A stretch of 64,000 nt of DNA from an uncultured Gemmataceae bacterium (GCA_963750165.1 CAVVPN010000011.1:224001-288000); one strand, 5' to 3'; shown: positions 17,796 to 29,768, numbered from the stretch's first letter. Notes: generated by a model not told the origin, from the sequence alone. Numbers and translations are program-made.

Positions 17796-19178
17796 ATGTT
17801 GCACCCGCAATCCCGTTCGACCGCGCCAGGCACTGAAATCAGCCGCCGCCATCTCCTGAAGACCGCCGGCGCCGGCTTCGGTTACCTGGCCCTGGCCGGC
17901 CTCCTCGGCCACACTGCCCCGCGGGCGTCCGCCGACGGCCCGCTGACGCCGCGCACGCCGCATTTCCGCGCCCGGGCCAGGCGCATCATCTTCCTGTTCA
18001 TGGAAGGCGCGATGTCGCAGATGGACACCTTTGAGTTCAAGCCACGGCTGCAACGGGAGAACGGCCGGGAGGCTCCGGGCGGCGCCACCCTGACCGCGTC
18101 GCGCTTCCGCTTCGCCCGGCACGGCCAGAGTGGCACCTGGGTGTCGGAACTCTTTCCGCACACCGCCCGGCACGTGGACAGGTTCTGCTTCCTTCGCGGC
18201 CTGCACACCGACACGCCGGCCCATCCGCAGGCGGTCATTCAGTTGCACACCGGCACCGCCCTGGCGCAGCTCACGCGGCCATCGATGGGCGCGTGGCTGC
18301 TGTACGGCCTGGGCACCGAGAACCAGGACCTGCCCGGCTACGTCACCATCAACCCGTCGCCCAACTTCGGCGGAGCGGTGAACTACGGCAGCGCGTTCCT
18401 GCCGGCCCACTTCCAGGGCACGCGCATGAACGATGCCGGCGAAATGGCGAACCTGCGGCCGGCGACGGCCCCGGCCCTGCAGCGCCGGCAGCTGGAGTTG
18501 ATCCAGTCCATGAACCGCGATCTGGCGGCGGCGCCGGGCGCTCCGGACCAGGTGGAAGGCGTGATCCAGTCCTACGAGCAGGCGTTCCGGATGCAGGCGC
18601 GGTTGCCGGAGTTGCTGGACCTGTCACGAGAACCGCGCGCGGTCCTCGATGCCTACGGCGTGCGGCCTGGCCCGGCCGGCAGCTTCGCCCGCCAGTGCCT
18701 GATGGCCCGGCGGCTGAGCGAGGCGGGCGTGCGCTTCGTCGAGATCACGCAAACGGGCTGGGACCACCATAGCAACCTGCATCAGGGTCTGATTAACCAG
18801 TCGCGCATGGTCGATCAACCGACCGCGGCGCTGCTGACCGACCTGGAGCGGCGCGGGCTGCTCGACGAGACGCTGGTGCTGTTCGGCAGCGAGTTCGGCC
18901 GCATGCCGACGGCGCAGGGGGCGGACGGTCGCGATCACAACATCACTGGCTATCCGATGTGGCTGGCCGGGGCGGGCGTCAAGCGCGGCTTCACCTACGG
19001 CGGCACCGACGACTACGGCCTGCACGCGGTTGAGGGCCGCATGCACACCACGGACCTGCACGCCACGTTGCTGGCGCTGCTGGGACTGGACCACGAGCAG
19101 TTGACGTACCGTTACGCCGGCCGCGACTTCCGCCTGACGGACGTGGGCGGTCGCGTGGTCCGCGACATCTTCGCCTGA
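17796..19178 (+). CDS. DUF1501 protein with Tat signal
   Basis: SRRHLL Tat motif, IFLFMEGAMSQMDTF, RPSMGAW, GWDHH, EFGRMP, GRDH, GRDFRLTDV. Confidence 0.93.
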   Translation: MLHPQSRSTAPGTEISRRHLLKTAGAGFGYLALAGLLGHTAPRASADGPLTPRTPHFRARARRIIFLFMEGAMSQMDTFEFKPRLQRENGREAPGGATLTASRFRFARHGQSGTWVSELFPHTARHVDRFCFLRGLHTDTPAHPQAVIQLHTGTALAQLTRPSMGAWLLYGLGTENQDLPGYVTINPSPNFGGAVNYGSAFLPAHFQGTRMNDAGEMANLRPATAPALQRRQLELIQSMNRDLAAAPGAPDQVEGVIQSYEQAFRMQARLPELLDLSREPRAVLDAYGVRPGPAGSFARQCLMARRLSEAGVRFVEITQTGWDHHSNLHQGLINQSRMVDQPTAALLTDLERRGLLDETLVLFGSEFGRMPTAQGADGRDHNITGYPMWLAGAGVKRGFTYGGTDDYGLHAVEGRMHTTDLHATLLALLGLDHEQLTYRYAGRDFRLTDVGGRVVRDIFA

Positions 19179-19216
19179 GTGCGCGGTTACCAACAACGCG
19201 ATACCGTATTACCCGA

Positions 19217-20020
19217 TCACAACGACCGCTCGGTGAGCCCGGCGTCGGGACTCTGCTCGGTCCTGTCCGGCGGCGTTGCTGGCCCGCTCCCGGGGGCACG
19301 GAAGTGCACCTCCGGCAGTTCCAGCACCCCTTTGCGCAGGGCGTGCTCCCAGCGCGTCCGGATGTCGCGCAGGTCCGGATCCTGGTCGTCGAAATGCCGG
19401 TAGCGGCTGAGGTGCAACTCATCCCGGCTATATACCAGCAGGTCAATGGGCGGCCCGACCGTCACGTTCGAGCGCATCGTCGAATCCAGCGAAAGCAGAG
19501 CGTACTTGGCCGCCTCCTCCAGTGAGGTTGAGTTGTACCGCACCCCACGGTCGAGGATCGGCCGGCCGTACTTGCACTCGCCGATTTGCAGGAACGGCGA
19601 GTCCTCCGTCGCGAACAATGGGTTGCCTTGCGGGTACAGCAGGCACAGGTGGTGAACCTCGTCGCGAATCTGTCCGCCCAGGAGCAGGTGCATGTTGAAC
19701 TTGAACTCATCGCGCTCCAGGGCGGCCCGGTCCAGGTCGGAGACGCGGCGGACCTGCTCGCCGGCGGCGCGGGCGGCGTCGTAAAAATTGCCGGCCGCCG
19801 CCAGACCGCGCCCCGCGTCGAAGTCCCGGCGCAGCAGCGTCACCACCGACTGCGTCAGCGACAGGTTGCCGCTCGTCAGCAGGATGAAGGCGCGGGCGCC
19901 GGGCTGCACGAACGTGTACATCTTGCGGCAGATGTTGACCTGATCGTAGCCAGCGTTTGAGCGGCTGTCGGAGGCCATCACCAGTCCCCGCTGCGTCATG
20001 ATGCCCAGGCAGTATGTCAC
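19217..20020 (-). CDS. Proteasome-type protease Anbu
   Basis: MTYCLG (N-terminal Thr), ASDSRSNAG, YPQGN, QIGECKYGRPILDR, STMRSNVTVGPPID. Confidence 0.92.
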   Translation of the reverse strand: MTYCLGIMTQRGLVMASDSRSNAGYDQVNICRKMYTFVQPGARAFILLTSGNLSLTQSVVTLLRRDFDAGRGLAAAGNFYDAARAAGEQVRRVSDLDRAALERDEFKFNMHLLLGGQIRDEVHHLCLLYPQGNPLFATEDSPFLQIGECKYGRPILDRGVRYNSTSLEEAAKYALLSLDSTMRSNVTVGPPIDLLVYSRDELHLSRYRHFDDQDPDLRDIRTRWEHALRKGVLELPEVHFRAPGSGPATPPDRTEQSPDAGLTERSL

Positions 20021-20100
20021 GGCCCCTCCTCTTCTTCCGGTCCCAGCCAGGGCGTGCCCCTATTCTACCACTTGCGGTGCGCCTGGTTGGCAAAGTCCGC

Positions 20101-20144
20101 TTGACACGGTTCACTACTGCTGGCACAATACCTAAAATTTTAGG
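20101..20144 (+). promoter_or_regulatory. Sigma70 promoter with palindromic operator
   Basis: TTGACA(20101)-17-CACAAT(20124), then perfect CCTAAAATTTTAGG (20131-20144) over the likely start site. Confidence 0.7.
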
Positions 20145-20173
20145 CTTAAAGTCTTCTGCCAAGGAGGCCGAAG

Positions 20174-20557
20174 GTGACTGACCCATCCACGCCCACGCCC
20201 CGCGAGTTGCAAATCTTGAAAGTGCTCTGGGAGCGCGGGCCGTGCAGCGTGCGCACGGTGTACCAGGAGCTGGCCCAGGCGCAGGAAAAAGACCTGGCGT
20301 ACAACACCGTGCAAACGCTGCTGCGGCTCATGGAAAAGAAGCAGCTCGTCACGCACACCGAGGAAGGACGCACGTTCGTTTACAGCGCGCTGCACAGCCG
20401 CGACGATACCGCCGTGCGCTTCCTCGACCGCGTTTTCGACGGCGCCGCCGACCAGCTGGTGCAGAGCCTGTTGCGCTCCGAGCGCATCCCGCCGGCGGAG
20501 CTGGAGCGGATGCGCGTGCTGATCGAACAGGCCCGCCGTCAATCCCGCGACCGCTGA
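20174..20557 (+). CDS. BlaI/MecI/CopY-family repressor
   Basis: PTPRELQILKVLWERG...LAYNTVQTLLRLMEKK...FLDRVFDG. Confidence 0.95.
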   Translation: MTDPSTPTPRELQILKVLWERGPCSVRTVYQELAQAQEKDLAYNTVQTLLRLMEKKQLVTHTEEGRTFVYSALHSRDDTAVRFLDRVFDGAADQLVQSLLRSERIPPAELERMRVLIEQARRQSRDR

Positions 20558-20572
20558 CCAGGGAGGATCGCC

Positions 20573-23414
20573 ATGAGCATGACCTGGACGACCGCCGCCG
20601 CGTGGCTGGCGCACAGCGCCGCCGGCGGGACGCTATTGTTGCTGCTCGCCTGGGGGCTGGCCCGCCGCACGCGCCAGCCGGTTCGCCGCCAGCGCCTGGC
20701 GGAATGGGGCGTTTGCGCGGCGCTCGTCGTCGCCGTCCTCAGCTGGGCCCCCGCCTGGCTCGTCCTTGACTGGGCCGCCTCCGCGCCGGCCGCCGCGGCC
20801 CCGAAACCAACGCCCAGCGCTGTCGAGCTGCCGCCGCCGGAGCCGGCCCCGTTCGTCCCGGGTGAGGTGGTAGCGGAGGCCCCCGACCTGGAATGGGAGG
20901 TCGCCGCCGAGCCGCCGGTCGCGCCGATGCCCGCGCCGCCGCCGGCCGCCACGCCGGCGCCGCTCCTCGACCCGGCGCTGCTGACCGCCGCAATGCCCTG
21001 GTTGGTCGCCGCCTATACGCTGTTCGCGGCCTGGTTCGGCACGCGCTGGCTGCTCGGCCACTGGGCGCTGGCCCGGCTGCTGCGCACCGCCGAGCCCGCC
21101 CCGGAACACGTCGCGCGGCTGTTCACGGCCATGACGCCGGGGACGCGCCGACCGCGGTTGCTGGTGTCGCGCCGCCTGCGCGTGCCGGTCAGCTGCGGGC
21201 TGTGGCGGCCGACGGTGGTGCTGCCGGCGGCCATGTGCGGCTGCCCGGACGCGCAACGCCTGCGCTGGGTCTTCGCCCATGAGTTGACGCACCTGGAGCG
21301 GCTCGACGCCTGGAGTGCGCTGCTGTTCGGCCTGGCGCAGCCGCTGTTTTTCTTCGTGCCGTGGTTCTGGTGGCTGCGGCGGCAGGTGCGGCTCTGCCAG
21401 GAATACATCGCCGACGCGGCCGCGGTCCAGCCACGCCAGGCCGCCGACTACGCGGAATTTTTACTGAGCCTGGTTGCGGCACCGCCAGTGCCGCGGGCCG
21501 CAACTGGCGTGTCCGGTCAATCGTCCGACCTTTACAGGAGGGTAACCATGTTGTTGCAGGAACCGTTGCGGATGGAGAAGCGCTGCCCGCGGCGCTGGTC
21601 GCTGGGCGCGGCCGGCGGGCTGCTGGCGCTGGCGGTGGTGCTGGCCGGCGTCGGCCTGCGCACCGATGCCGTCCAGGCCGCCGCACCCGAGGACGACATC
21701 ATCATCATTATCAAGAAAGCGCCCGACGCCGCGAAGCCGGCCGTCGAGCCGGTCAAGGTGCGGGCCGTGCTCGTGCCGGATCAGGTCAAGAAGGCGGAGG
21801 ACATCGTCATCCTGCACAATTTCGTGCCGGGCCACGGTGACCGGGCGGTGCTGGAAAAGGCCGGCCCCGGGGCGCGGGTGATCTACCGCCGCGTCGGCCC
21901 CGGCGCGGACATTGTCATCAAGCAGCTGGGCATTCCGCCGATCATCTACGAAAAGAACTTCGATCTGAAGCTCGGCGTCAAGCCGGTCGTGGTCGGCGAC
22001 AAGCGCATCGTGATGCTCTGGAAGCAGGCCGACGCTTCGCAGGACGAACTGCGCAAGCGCGCTGGCGCTGCTCGAAAAGCTGGGCGACAAGGCCGACACG
22101 AAGGAGGTCCGCAAACTCCTCCTCAAGGCCCTGGAGAAACTTGAGTCGGGCCCGAGGCACCTTGAGTGGCATCTGGCCCCTGCAGGCGCCCCGCCGAAGG
22201 GTCTGCTGATTGAGGTGGTGCCGCCCCACGTCCAGCCGCCGGTACAGCTGGGCGAGAAAGTCAAGATCCTCCGGCCCGGTGACAAGTTCGACCCGAAACA
22301 ATTCGCGCCCGGGGACCGTATCAGGATCATTCGGCCGGTTGACCCCGCCATCGGCAAACCCGTTCAGATTGAACCGCATCAGATTGAACTGGAACTGAAG
22401 TTGCCGAAGGGCGCCGAGATCGACGGCAAGTTGATGGAGCAGCTGCACAAGGCACTGGCGGCGCGGGATCGGACGAAGGCCCGGGAAATGATCGACAAGA
22501 TAGTGGCGGTCCAGGCGCAAACGGACGCGCGGCTGGAGGAGTTTAAGAGGGCGATGGCTCAAGCACGCGCCGATCTGGACTTGCTACGGCAGCAGAAGGC
22601 CCGTGCTCTGAGCGAGGAGCAGAAGGCCCGTCAGGAGTGGGTGGAACGGATGGCAAAGAAGGGGCTTATGCCGCAGACTTCCCAGAAGGTATTGGGCCTC
22701 TCGGTGGAGAAGCCGCCGGCGGTGGTGGCCGACCAGCTGAACCTGCCCAGGGGAATGGGCCTGGTCGTAACCGATGTGCTCAAGGGCAGTTCCGCGCAGA
22801 AGGCCGGCTTCCAGGTCAACGACGTGCTGCTGTCGGTCGCCGACCACGCCGTCCCCAGTGAGCCGAAGGCCCTGCAGGATTTGCTCGCCGAGCTGAAGCC
22901 CGGCACGGCCTTCGACGTGACGCTGCTGCGCAAGGGGGCCAAAATGACGCTGCACGGCTTAAAACTTTCGTCGGTGAGCACCCCGGCTGCGTTCAATCCT
23001 CAGAAAGAAGGGCCGCTGCTGCCCAAGGATCCCGTCGCCGTTCCGAAAATGCCGCCGGTGATCGGCCAGAAAGGCATCGTGGCCGACGGCGACAAAAACG
23101 TGCTGACAACTACCTTCCGTGCCGGGGACCGCTTCACGATGCGGCGCCAGGAAGGCTCGCTGGTCATCACGGTGACCGGCAAAATCGCCGGCGGTAAGGC
23201 CCAGGTGGGCGAGGTACACGTCCAGGACGGGGCCGTGGTGGGCAAGTACCGCAGCCTGGCGGAGGTGCCGGTACAGTACCGCGACAAGGCGGCGCACCTG
23301 ATCCAGCTCAGCGCCCGCCCCCCGGCGCGGACGCCGACGCCGTACTACGTGCCCGTCGTGCCGCCCACACCCAAGGTGCCGGACGCGCCCATCATGCCGC
23401 CCGCGATTCGGTGA
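20573..23414 (+). CDS. BlaR1-like M56 peptidase with C-terminal PDZ domain (frameshift near 22060)
   Basis: TM helices, AHELTH, QEYIAD; ORF 22215..23414 has a PDZ signature (LGLSVE...GSSAQKAGFQVNDVLL). Confidence 0.85.
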
Positions 23415-23501
23415 CCGCGACGCAATGGTAATGCGCGCAACGCCGGCCGGCACTCCCGAGGCCGCGCCGGCGTTGTTCGCTTCCCCCTACCCAGGTGCCC
23501 C

Positions 23502-23817
23502 ATGCGCGGCCGCAGACCCAAACCCTTGACCCTGCCCGCAACGGAGCGGGTGGTGCTGGAGTGGATCGCTCATAACCCGGCGCTGCCGGGCTATCAGCGG
23601 GCACGCGCTGCAGCTGGTGCTGGCGCTGACGGACGGGGCGCGGGTCCAGGATCTGGCCCAGCGCTTCGATTGCGTGAGTTCGACGGTGTGGCGGGTGCGG
23701 CGGCGCTACGAGTGCGGCGGCCTGTCGGAATTGCTGGCCGATGGGCGGCGCAAAGACTTGCTGCTGCGAACCTGCACCGGGTATTTCGCGGCGGAAGCCA
23801 GCCCCTGCGCCGGATAA
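23502..23817 (+). pseudogene. IS630-like N-terminal HTH fragment (frameshift near 23605)
   Basis: LTLPATERVVLE...RA / LVLALTDG...LAQRFDCVSSTVWRVRRRYECGGL; no DDE domain follows. Confidence 0.6.
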
Positions 23818-24013
23818 CTTTGTTCAGGCATCAGACTTTCGCTAACGCTTCAGGTCGCATCTACGGCAAACACTGATTTATGTGAGAAAATAAATTTGCA
23901 GTTGCAATCCGCGAAACTCCGCGATACCTTCAAACCATCCTTTCAGAAGTTTTTCCCTGTTTCACATGAATTTCCCGTTCCGCCGCAACGAGTTGATTCG
24001 CTGAGGTGATGCC

Positions 24014-24208
24014 ATGCAAAGGGAACAAGAGGATCGGTTCGTAGTGTTCGTCCGTGCCGACCGCGACCCCGAGCGGCCGGAGGTCAACGAACGGCCCTTC
24101 ACGACCTGTACCACTTACGCTGACGCCAAACGGATTCGCCGCGGGCTGCACCTGCTCAACCGTGCCTGCGTCATCCGTTACGAAGGCGAGACCGGCGGCA
24201 GCGATTAG
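24014..24208 (+). CDS. Small hypothetical protein
   Basis: 64 aa, GAGGTG SD, preceded by AT-rich DNA and followed by a hairpin. Confidence 0.65.
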   Translation: MQREQEDRFVVFVRADRDPERPEVNERPFTTCTTYADAKRIRRGLHLLNRACVIRYEGETGGSD

Positions 24209-24230
24209 GCATTGGGCATGAGTGATTCGG

Positions 24231-24267
24231 GTGGGAGCGCCAGGCGTTTCTCCTGGCGCTCCCGCCT
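24231..24267. terminator. Hairpin between convergent genes
   Basis: GGGAGCGCCAGG...CCTGGCGCTCCC. Confidence 0.6.
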
Positions 24268-24324
24268 GTCTCTGGATTCCTGACCGGCCACGACGAGCGC
24301 CGAGCTGCAAAACAGCAGGAAGCC

Positions 24325-25701
24325 TCACTTCGCGGACTTTCGGGCGGCCTCGATGCAGTACAGCCAGTCGGTGCCGCGCAACAACAAGCGGTCGCCGTCC
24401 ACCGCGGGCGACGCCCAGAACATGCCGCCATCCACCTTGTTCTGCGCCAGCAACTTGAACTTCTCTCCCGCCTGCACCACGAAGGTCTGGCCATCCTCGT
24501 CGAGTACGTAAATCTTGCCGTCGGCCGCCCACGGTGACGCGGTGATGCCGCGCGCGTCCGGCAGCCGGCCCCTGTACAGTTCCTTGCCCGTTGCGGCGTC
24601 GAAGCACGCCAGCACGCCCTTGTTCGCCACGTACAACCGGCCCTGGTACACCAGCGGCGACGCCATGTACGGCCCCGACCGCGACTTCACCCAGGCGACG
24701 CCTGCGCTCGACGTGGCCCCGCCTCGCGGTGTGATGTCGCCGGACGCCCCCGCCTTCACCGCGTACAGCGTGGCGGTGCCGAACGGCGGCGTGTGGCCGA
24801 AGTAGATGCGTTCGCCGTCCGCGGTCGGCGACGCCTGGAACGACGCCGTGATGCCGTGCAGTTCCCACAGCACCTTGCCCGTCGCCGGGTCGTAGCTGGT
24901 GACGCCGCCGGAGCCACAGGCCACCACCTCGGTGCGCTGCTTTGTCCGCCACACGAACGGCGTGCTCCACGACGATTTCGCCCTGCGGTTCACCCGCCAC
25001 ACTTCGCCGCCGGTCTTCGCGTCCAGCGCGACCAGGAACGACTTCTGTTCGTTATCGCACTGCACGAACAGCCGGCCGTCCGCCAGCGCCGGCGAACTGC
25101 CGGTGCCCAGGGCCATGCCCATCGGGTACGAGCCCAGCTCCTTCTTCCACAGCAGCTGGCCGCCCAGGTCATAGCAGTAGACGCCGACCATGCCGAAGTA
25201 GGCGAAGACGCGCTCGCCGTCCGTTGCCGGCGTCTCGCTGGCGTAGGTGTTGGTCGCGTGGGTGGGAATGCTCGGCTTGCGCTCGGCGGCAACTTTTTTC
25301 CACAGCGGTTTGCCAGTGGCCCGGTCGAGGCAGTGGACTTCCCAGCGGTACACCTCGTTCGGCCCCTTGCCGAAGCCACCTTTGCCGAAGCCGCCCTTGC
25401 CGAAGCCGCCCTTGCCGAAGCCACCTTTGCCGAAGCCGCCGGCGTCGGGCGTTGGCTTCTTCTGCTTGTCGCTGACCGCGGTGGTCACGAAAATCTTGTC
25501 GCCGACGACGATCGGTTGCGACCAGGCGACGCCGGGCACGCGCACCTTCCAGGCGACGTTGCTGGTGTTGTCCCAGGCCATCGGGGGCTTGGCCCTGTCA
25601 GCGAGGCTGTTGCCGGTCGGACCGCGGAACTGCGGCCAGTCCGCCCAGGCGGCGGCGCACGTCAGCAACAGACTCAGGGCGGCGAAGTAGCGTAAGGACA
25701 T
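24325..25701 (-). CDS. PQQ-like beta-propeller protein
   Basis: Signal peptide, DWPQFRGP, YASETPATDGERV, GTGSSP, TG..W repeats. Confidence 0.92.
   Translation of the reverse strand: MSLRYFAALSLLLTCAAAWADWPQFRGPTGNSLADRAKPPMAWDNTSNVAWKVRVPGVAWSQPIVVGDKIFVTTAVSDKQKKPTPDAGGFGKGGFGKGGFGKGGFGKGGFGKGPNEVYRWEVHCLDRATGKPLWKKVAAERKPSIPTHATNTYASETPATDGERVFAYFGMVGVYCYDLGGQLLWKKELGSYPMGMALGTGSSPALADGRLFVQCDNEQKSFLVALDAKTGGEVWRVNRRAKSSWSTPFVWRTKQRTEVVACGSGGVTSYDPATGKVLWELHGITASFQASPTADGERIYFGHTPPFGTATLYAVKAGASGDITPRGGATSSAGVAWVKSRSGPYMASPLVYQGRLYVANKGVLACFDAATGKELYRGRLPDARGITASPWAADGKIYVLDEDGQTFVVQAGEKFKLLAQNKVDGGMFWASPAVDGDRLLLRGTDWLYCIEAARKSAK
25366..25440. repeat. Five tandem 15-bp units encoding GGFGK
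   Basis: (YTTGCCGAAGCCRCC)x5. Confidence 0.95.
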
Positions 25702-25844
25702 GATGAGCTTCCTTCCTGATGCATGAGGGGGCCAATAGGAAAGCGTAGCGGCTGCGCGATGAGAGAATGATGAATAGATGAGAGCCGTTCACGACAGCCT
25801 TCGTTGGTGCCATCTTACCTGCAACCCGCCTCATCCCGCAAGCC

Positions 25845-28800
25845 TCACGACCGCCCCGCCACCACCGGCGTCCCAGCGCCGTTCGCCTCCGGCACCGCCG
25901 CCGTCTGCGGATCGTCCGGCCAGTCCTCGAAGCGCACCGACACGCGCTTGCTGATGCCCGACTCCTGCATGGTGATGCCGTACAGCACGTCCGCGGTCGC
26001 CATTGTCTTCTTCGAGTGCGTGATAATGATGAACTGCGACAGCACCAAAAACTCGCGCAGCACCGCCGAGAAGCGGCCGATGTTGGCCTCGTCCAGCGCC
26101 GCGTCCACCTCGTCGAGCAGGCAGAACGGGCTCGGCCGGCTGCGGAAAATCGCCAGCAGCAGCGCCACCGCCGTCATCGTCTTTTCGCCGCCGGACATGA
26201 GCGAAATGCTCCGCAGTTCCTTGCCCGGCGGCCGCGCGATGATCTCGATGCCGCTCTCCAGGATGTCCGCCTCGTCCTCCAGCACCACATCCGCCAGGCC
26301 GCCGCCGAATAGCTTGCGGAACAACTCCTGGAAGTGCGTGCGGATGGTCGCGAACGTCTCCGTGAACAGCCGCCGGCTGTCGGCGTTGATCTTGTTGATG
26401 ATCTCCTCCAGCGACCGCTTGGCGGCGGCCAGGTCGTCGTACTGCGCCTGCAGCGTGGCCGCCCGCGTCTCCAGTTCGCTCAGTTCCTGGAGCGATTCGA
26501 GGTTGACGCTGCCCAAACGGTTCAGCTTCTTGCGCAACTCCGTGATCTCGTCGTTGGCCGCCGCCGCGTTCAGCGCCAGCACAACGGCGACCGCCTCCGC
26601 CGCGGCGTTCGTCTCCACCGTGGCCGGCGCCACCTCGGGCAGCGCCGCGTCCACCGGCACCGCTTCCGGGATCGCCTCCAGCTTCGCCTGAAACTCCTGA
26701 TACAACTGGGCCAGTTCCAGTTGATAGTCCTCACGCAGCCGATCCGCCAGCGTGCCGAGGCGGTGCCGCAGATCGTTCACTTGCAACTCCAGGGCGTGGA
26801 CCTGCTCCTGCTGCGCCCGCCATTCGCCGCGCAATTGCTGGGCCAGGTTCGCCAGCCGCGTTCGCTCCTGGCGGTGCCCGGCCCGCTGCCGCGTCAGCTC
26901 GCCGACGCGCCGCCCCGCCGCCTCCTTGTCCAGGTAGTGCTGCGCCAGCGCCGCCGACGCCTGCAACATTGCCCGTTGACTGTCCGTCAACCGCGCCCGC
27001 AGCGCGTTCACCTGCTCCTGACCCTGGGCGTGCTCCGCCCGCCGCTGCTGCAAATCCTGCTCGCGCTGCTGGCACTGGCCGCGCAGGGCCGTTAACCGCT
27101 CCTCGGCCTTCGCCAGCGCCACCTTGGCCTGCGTCACTTCCTGCTGCCGCTGGTGTCGCTCCTGCTCGCGCGTGCGCGTCTCGTGGTCGGCCTCTTCGAC
27201 TCGCGTCTGCAGCGCCTGCACCTGGGCCTCCGCAGCCGCCGCCGCGGCGCTGGCCGCCTGGTACAATTGCTCCAGCCGCGCCACCTCGCTTTCGACGCGC
27301 TGGATTTCGTTGTGGTTGTCGGTCACCTCCTCGTGCAGCCCCTGGCGGCGGTCGCGGTGCTGCTCCAGACGGGCACGCAGGTCGGCGGACTGCTCGGCCA
27401 GCACGGTGATCTCCTGCTCCCGCGCGGTCACGTCCACGTCCAGTTCGCCCAACCGCTCGCGCAGTTCGGCCAGGTCGCGCTCCGTCTCCGTCAGCCGGCG
27501 GTCCAGGTCGGCGATCTGCAACCGCAGTTCGCGCAGCTCGCTTTTGCGTGACAGAATGCCCGTCTCGGCGTGGTGCGTGCCGACCGTCAGCGTGCCGTCC
27601 GGCTCCAGCAGTTCGCCCTGCAGCGTCACCAGTCGGTAACCGCTGGTGTGAGCCGCGATGGCGCGGGCGCTGGCCAGGTCGCGGACGATGAGCGTCCGCG
27701 CCAGCAGCTGCGCCGGCAGGTCGCTCAGTTCGGGGTGCTCGCAGTCTGACGACCGCCACCGCCGGCGCCACGACACCGGGGTGCGCCGGCGTCCCTTCCG
27801 CCGACATGGGCAGGCGCACGCGGCCCGGCGGCGACACCGCCGGCAGCCGGTTGGGCTGCCGCTCGGCGGCCGGCTCGTGCAGCGGCAGGAAGCTGACGCG
27901 GCCGGAGAACGGTTGCCCGCGGCGGGCCAGTTCCGCATCGAGTCGGGCCGGATCGCGCACCAGGAAGCGCTGCGACCAGTCGCCCAGCGCCAGATCGATG
28001 AGCGGGGCGTATTCGCGGCGCACCGTCAGGAAGTCCGCGATCATGCCGAGGACGTTGCGCCACGGCCCCGGCCCCGGCTGTTCGATCAGGCGGACCACCT
28101 CACGGACCCCGCTGCCCAGGCCCTCGTGGCTGCGCTCCAGTCCCTCCAGCAGTTCGATGCGGCTCGCCAGGCCGCTGCGCTGTTGCCGCAATTGCGACAT
28201 CGACTCAGCCGTCTCGTCGTGCAACTGCCGCAAGCGCTCGCGCTGCTGTTTTTGCTCCGCCAGCGTCTGCCGCGCGTCGATCAGCTGCCGCTGCAACTCC
28301 GCCTCTGCCTCGGTCAGTTCCTGCAACTCCACGTCGAGCGACGCCAGATTCTCGGCGGCCTGGGCGGTCTTCAGACGTAGCCGCTCGCGTTCGCGGCGGA
28401 GGTTGTCTGTCTGCGCCTTGTGGCCGATGGCGTCGTTGTGCAGGTGGGCGGCGCGGCGCATCTGGTCCAGGTGCTCCGCCTGGTCGGCCTGAATCTGCGT
28501 GTGCAGGTCCGCCAGCCGGGCCACCGTCGCCCGCAGGCCGTCCTCCAGACCGCGCACGCCCTGCCGCTGCCGTTCACCCTCCGTTTCCGCCGCCGTCAAC
28601 TCCTGCCGCACCCGCCCCACGCCCGCCGCCAGCTCCGCGACACGCCCGCGCACTCCCGCCAGCCGCACCCGCGTCTGCGCCAGCTCCGTGTCCAGGTCCG
28701 CCGACTGCTTGCCCTCGTAGCCGACGCGCCACTCCGCCGTCTTGATCCGCTGCCGGGCCTCCACCAGCTCCGTTTCCTGGACGCGCAACTGCTCGTCCAG

Positions 28801-29631
28801 CTCCGCGAGCACCGTCTCCAGCCGCTGCGCCTCCGCCTCCCAGCCTGCCGCCTGACTGGTCCGCGCCTCCAGTTCGGACTTCTGCCGTTCCAGTGTGTCC
28901 GTCTGCGCCGCCAGTTGCCCGGACAGCTGGTGACACTCCTGCAAACCCAGGGCAATGCGCAACTCACGCAGCCGGCCGGTGTACTCCTGGTAGCGCTGTG
29001 CCTTGGCCGCCTGCAATTTCACGCTGCGCAGCTGCTTCTCCACCTCGTCGATGATGTCGCGCAGCCGCTGCACGTTCTGATCGACGCGCTCCAGTTTGCG
29101 CAGCGTCTCGGTCTTGCGGGCCTTGAAGCGGCTGATGCCGGCCGCCTCCTCGAAGATGGTGCGCCGGTCCTTCGTGGACGCCTGCAACAGCACGTCCACG
29201 CGGCCCTGCTCGATGATGCAGTAAGCGTCCGTGCCGGCGCCGCTGCCCAGGAACAGGTCCTTGATGTCCTTGAGCCGGCAGACCTGCTGGTTGATGAGGT
29301 ATTCGCCCTCGCCGCTGCGGTAGACGCGGCGCGTGATCTGCACTTCCTCGGAGTCGGTGGCCAGGACGCGGCGGCGGTTGTCAAAGGTCATGGTGACCTC
29401 CGCCAGGCCCAGGCTGCGCCGCGACGCCGAGCCGTTGAAGATCACGTCCGTCATCTCGCCGCCGCGCAGGCTCTTGGCGCTCTGCTCGCCCAGAATCCAG
29501 CGCACCGCATCGACAATGTTCGACTTACCCGACCCATTTGGTCCCACAATTGCGGTGATGCCGTCGCCGAAGTCGAAGACCGTCCTGTCTGCGAAGCTCT
29601 TGAAGCCCGCCAGTTCGAGTCGCTTGAGCAT
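25845..29631 (-). CDS. smc: Chromosome segregation protein SMC (frameshift near 27745)
   Basis: [14 protein letters not shown] Walker A, coiled coils, hinge, MSGGEK signature, [11 protein letters not shown]alker B. Confidence 0.96.
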
Positions 29632-29768
29632 GGGGCCTCCTCAACGGGTGCGCATGATGTGGGGCCGACAACAGCAATCTACCAGATTTCAGAGCCCGAG
29701 CGCCAGCGCGGGGCAGCGTTGGCCCCGCGCTGGCGCTCGGGCTCCGACCCGGTACTGGCCCCGCGACC

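Noticed and set aside
23502..23880. Complete IS630 element
   Set aside because: Only the HTH part is present; no DDE domain or terminal inverted repeats seen.
25366..25440. CRISPR or contingency locus
   Set aside because: In-frame coding GGFGK low-complexity loop.
27720..27780. Programmed frameshift in smc
   Set aside because: No slippery heptamer seen and many similar indels occur across the window.
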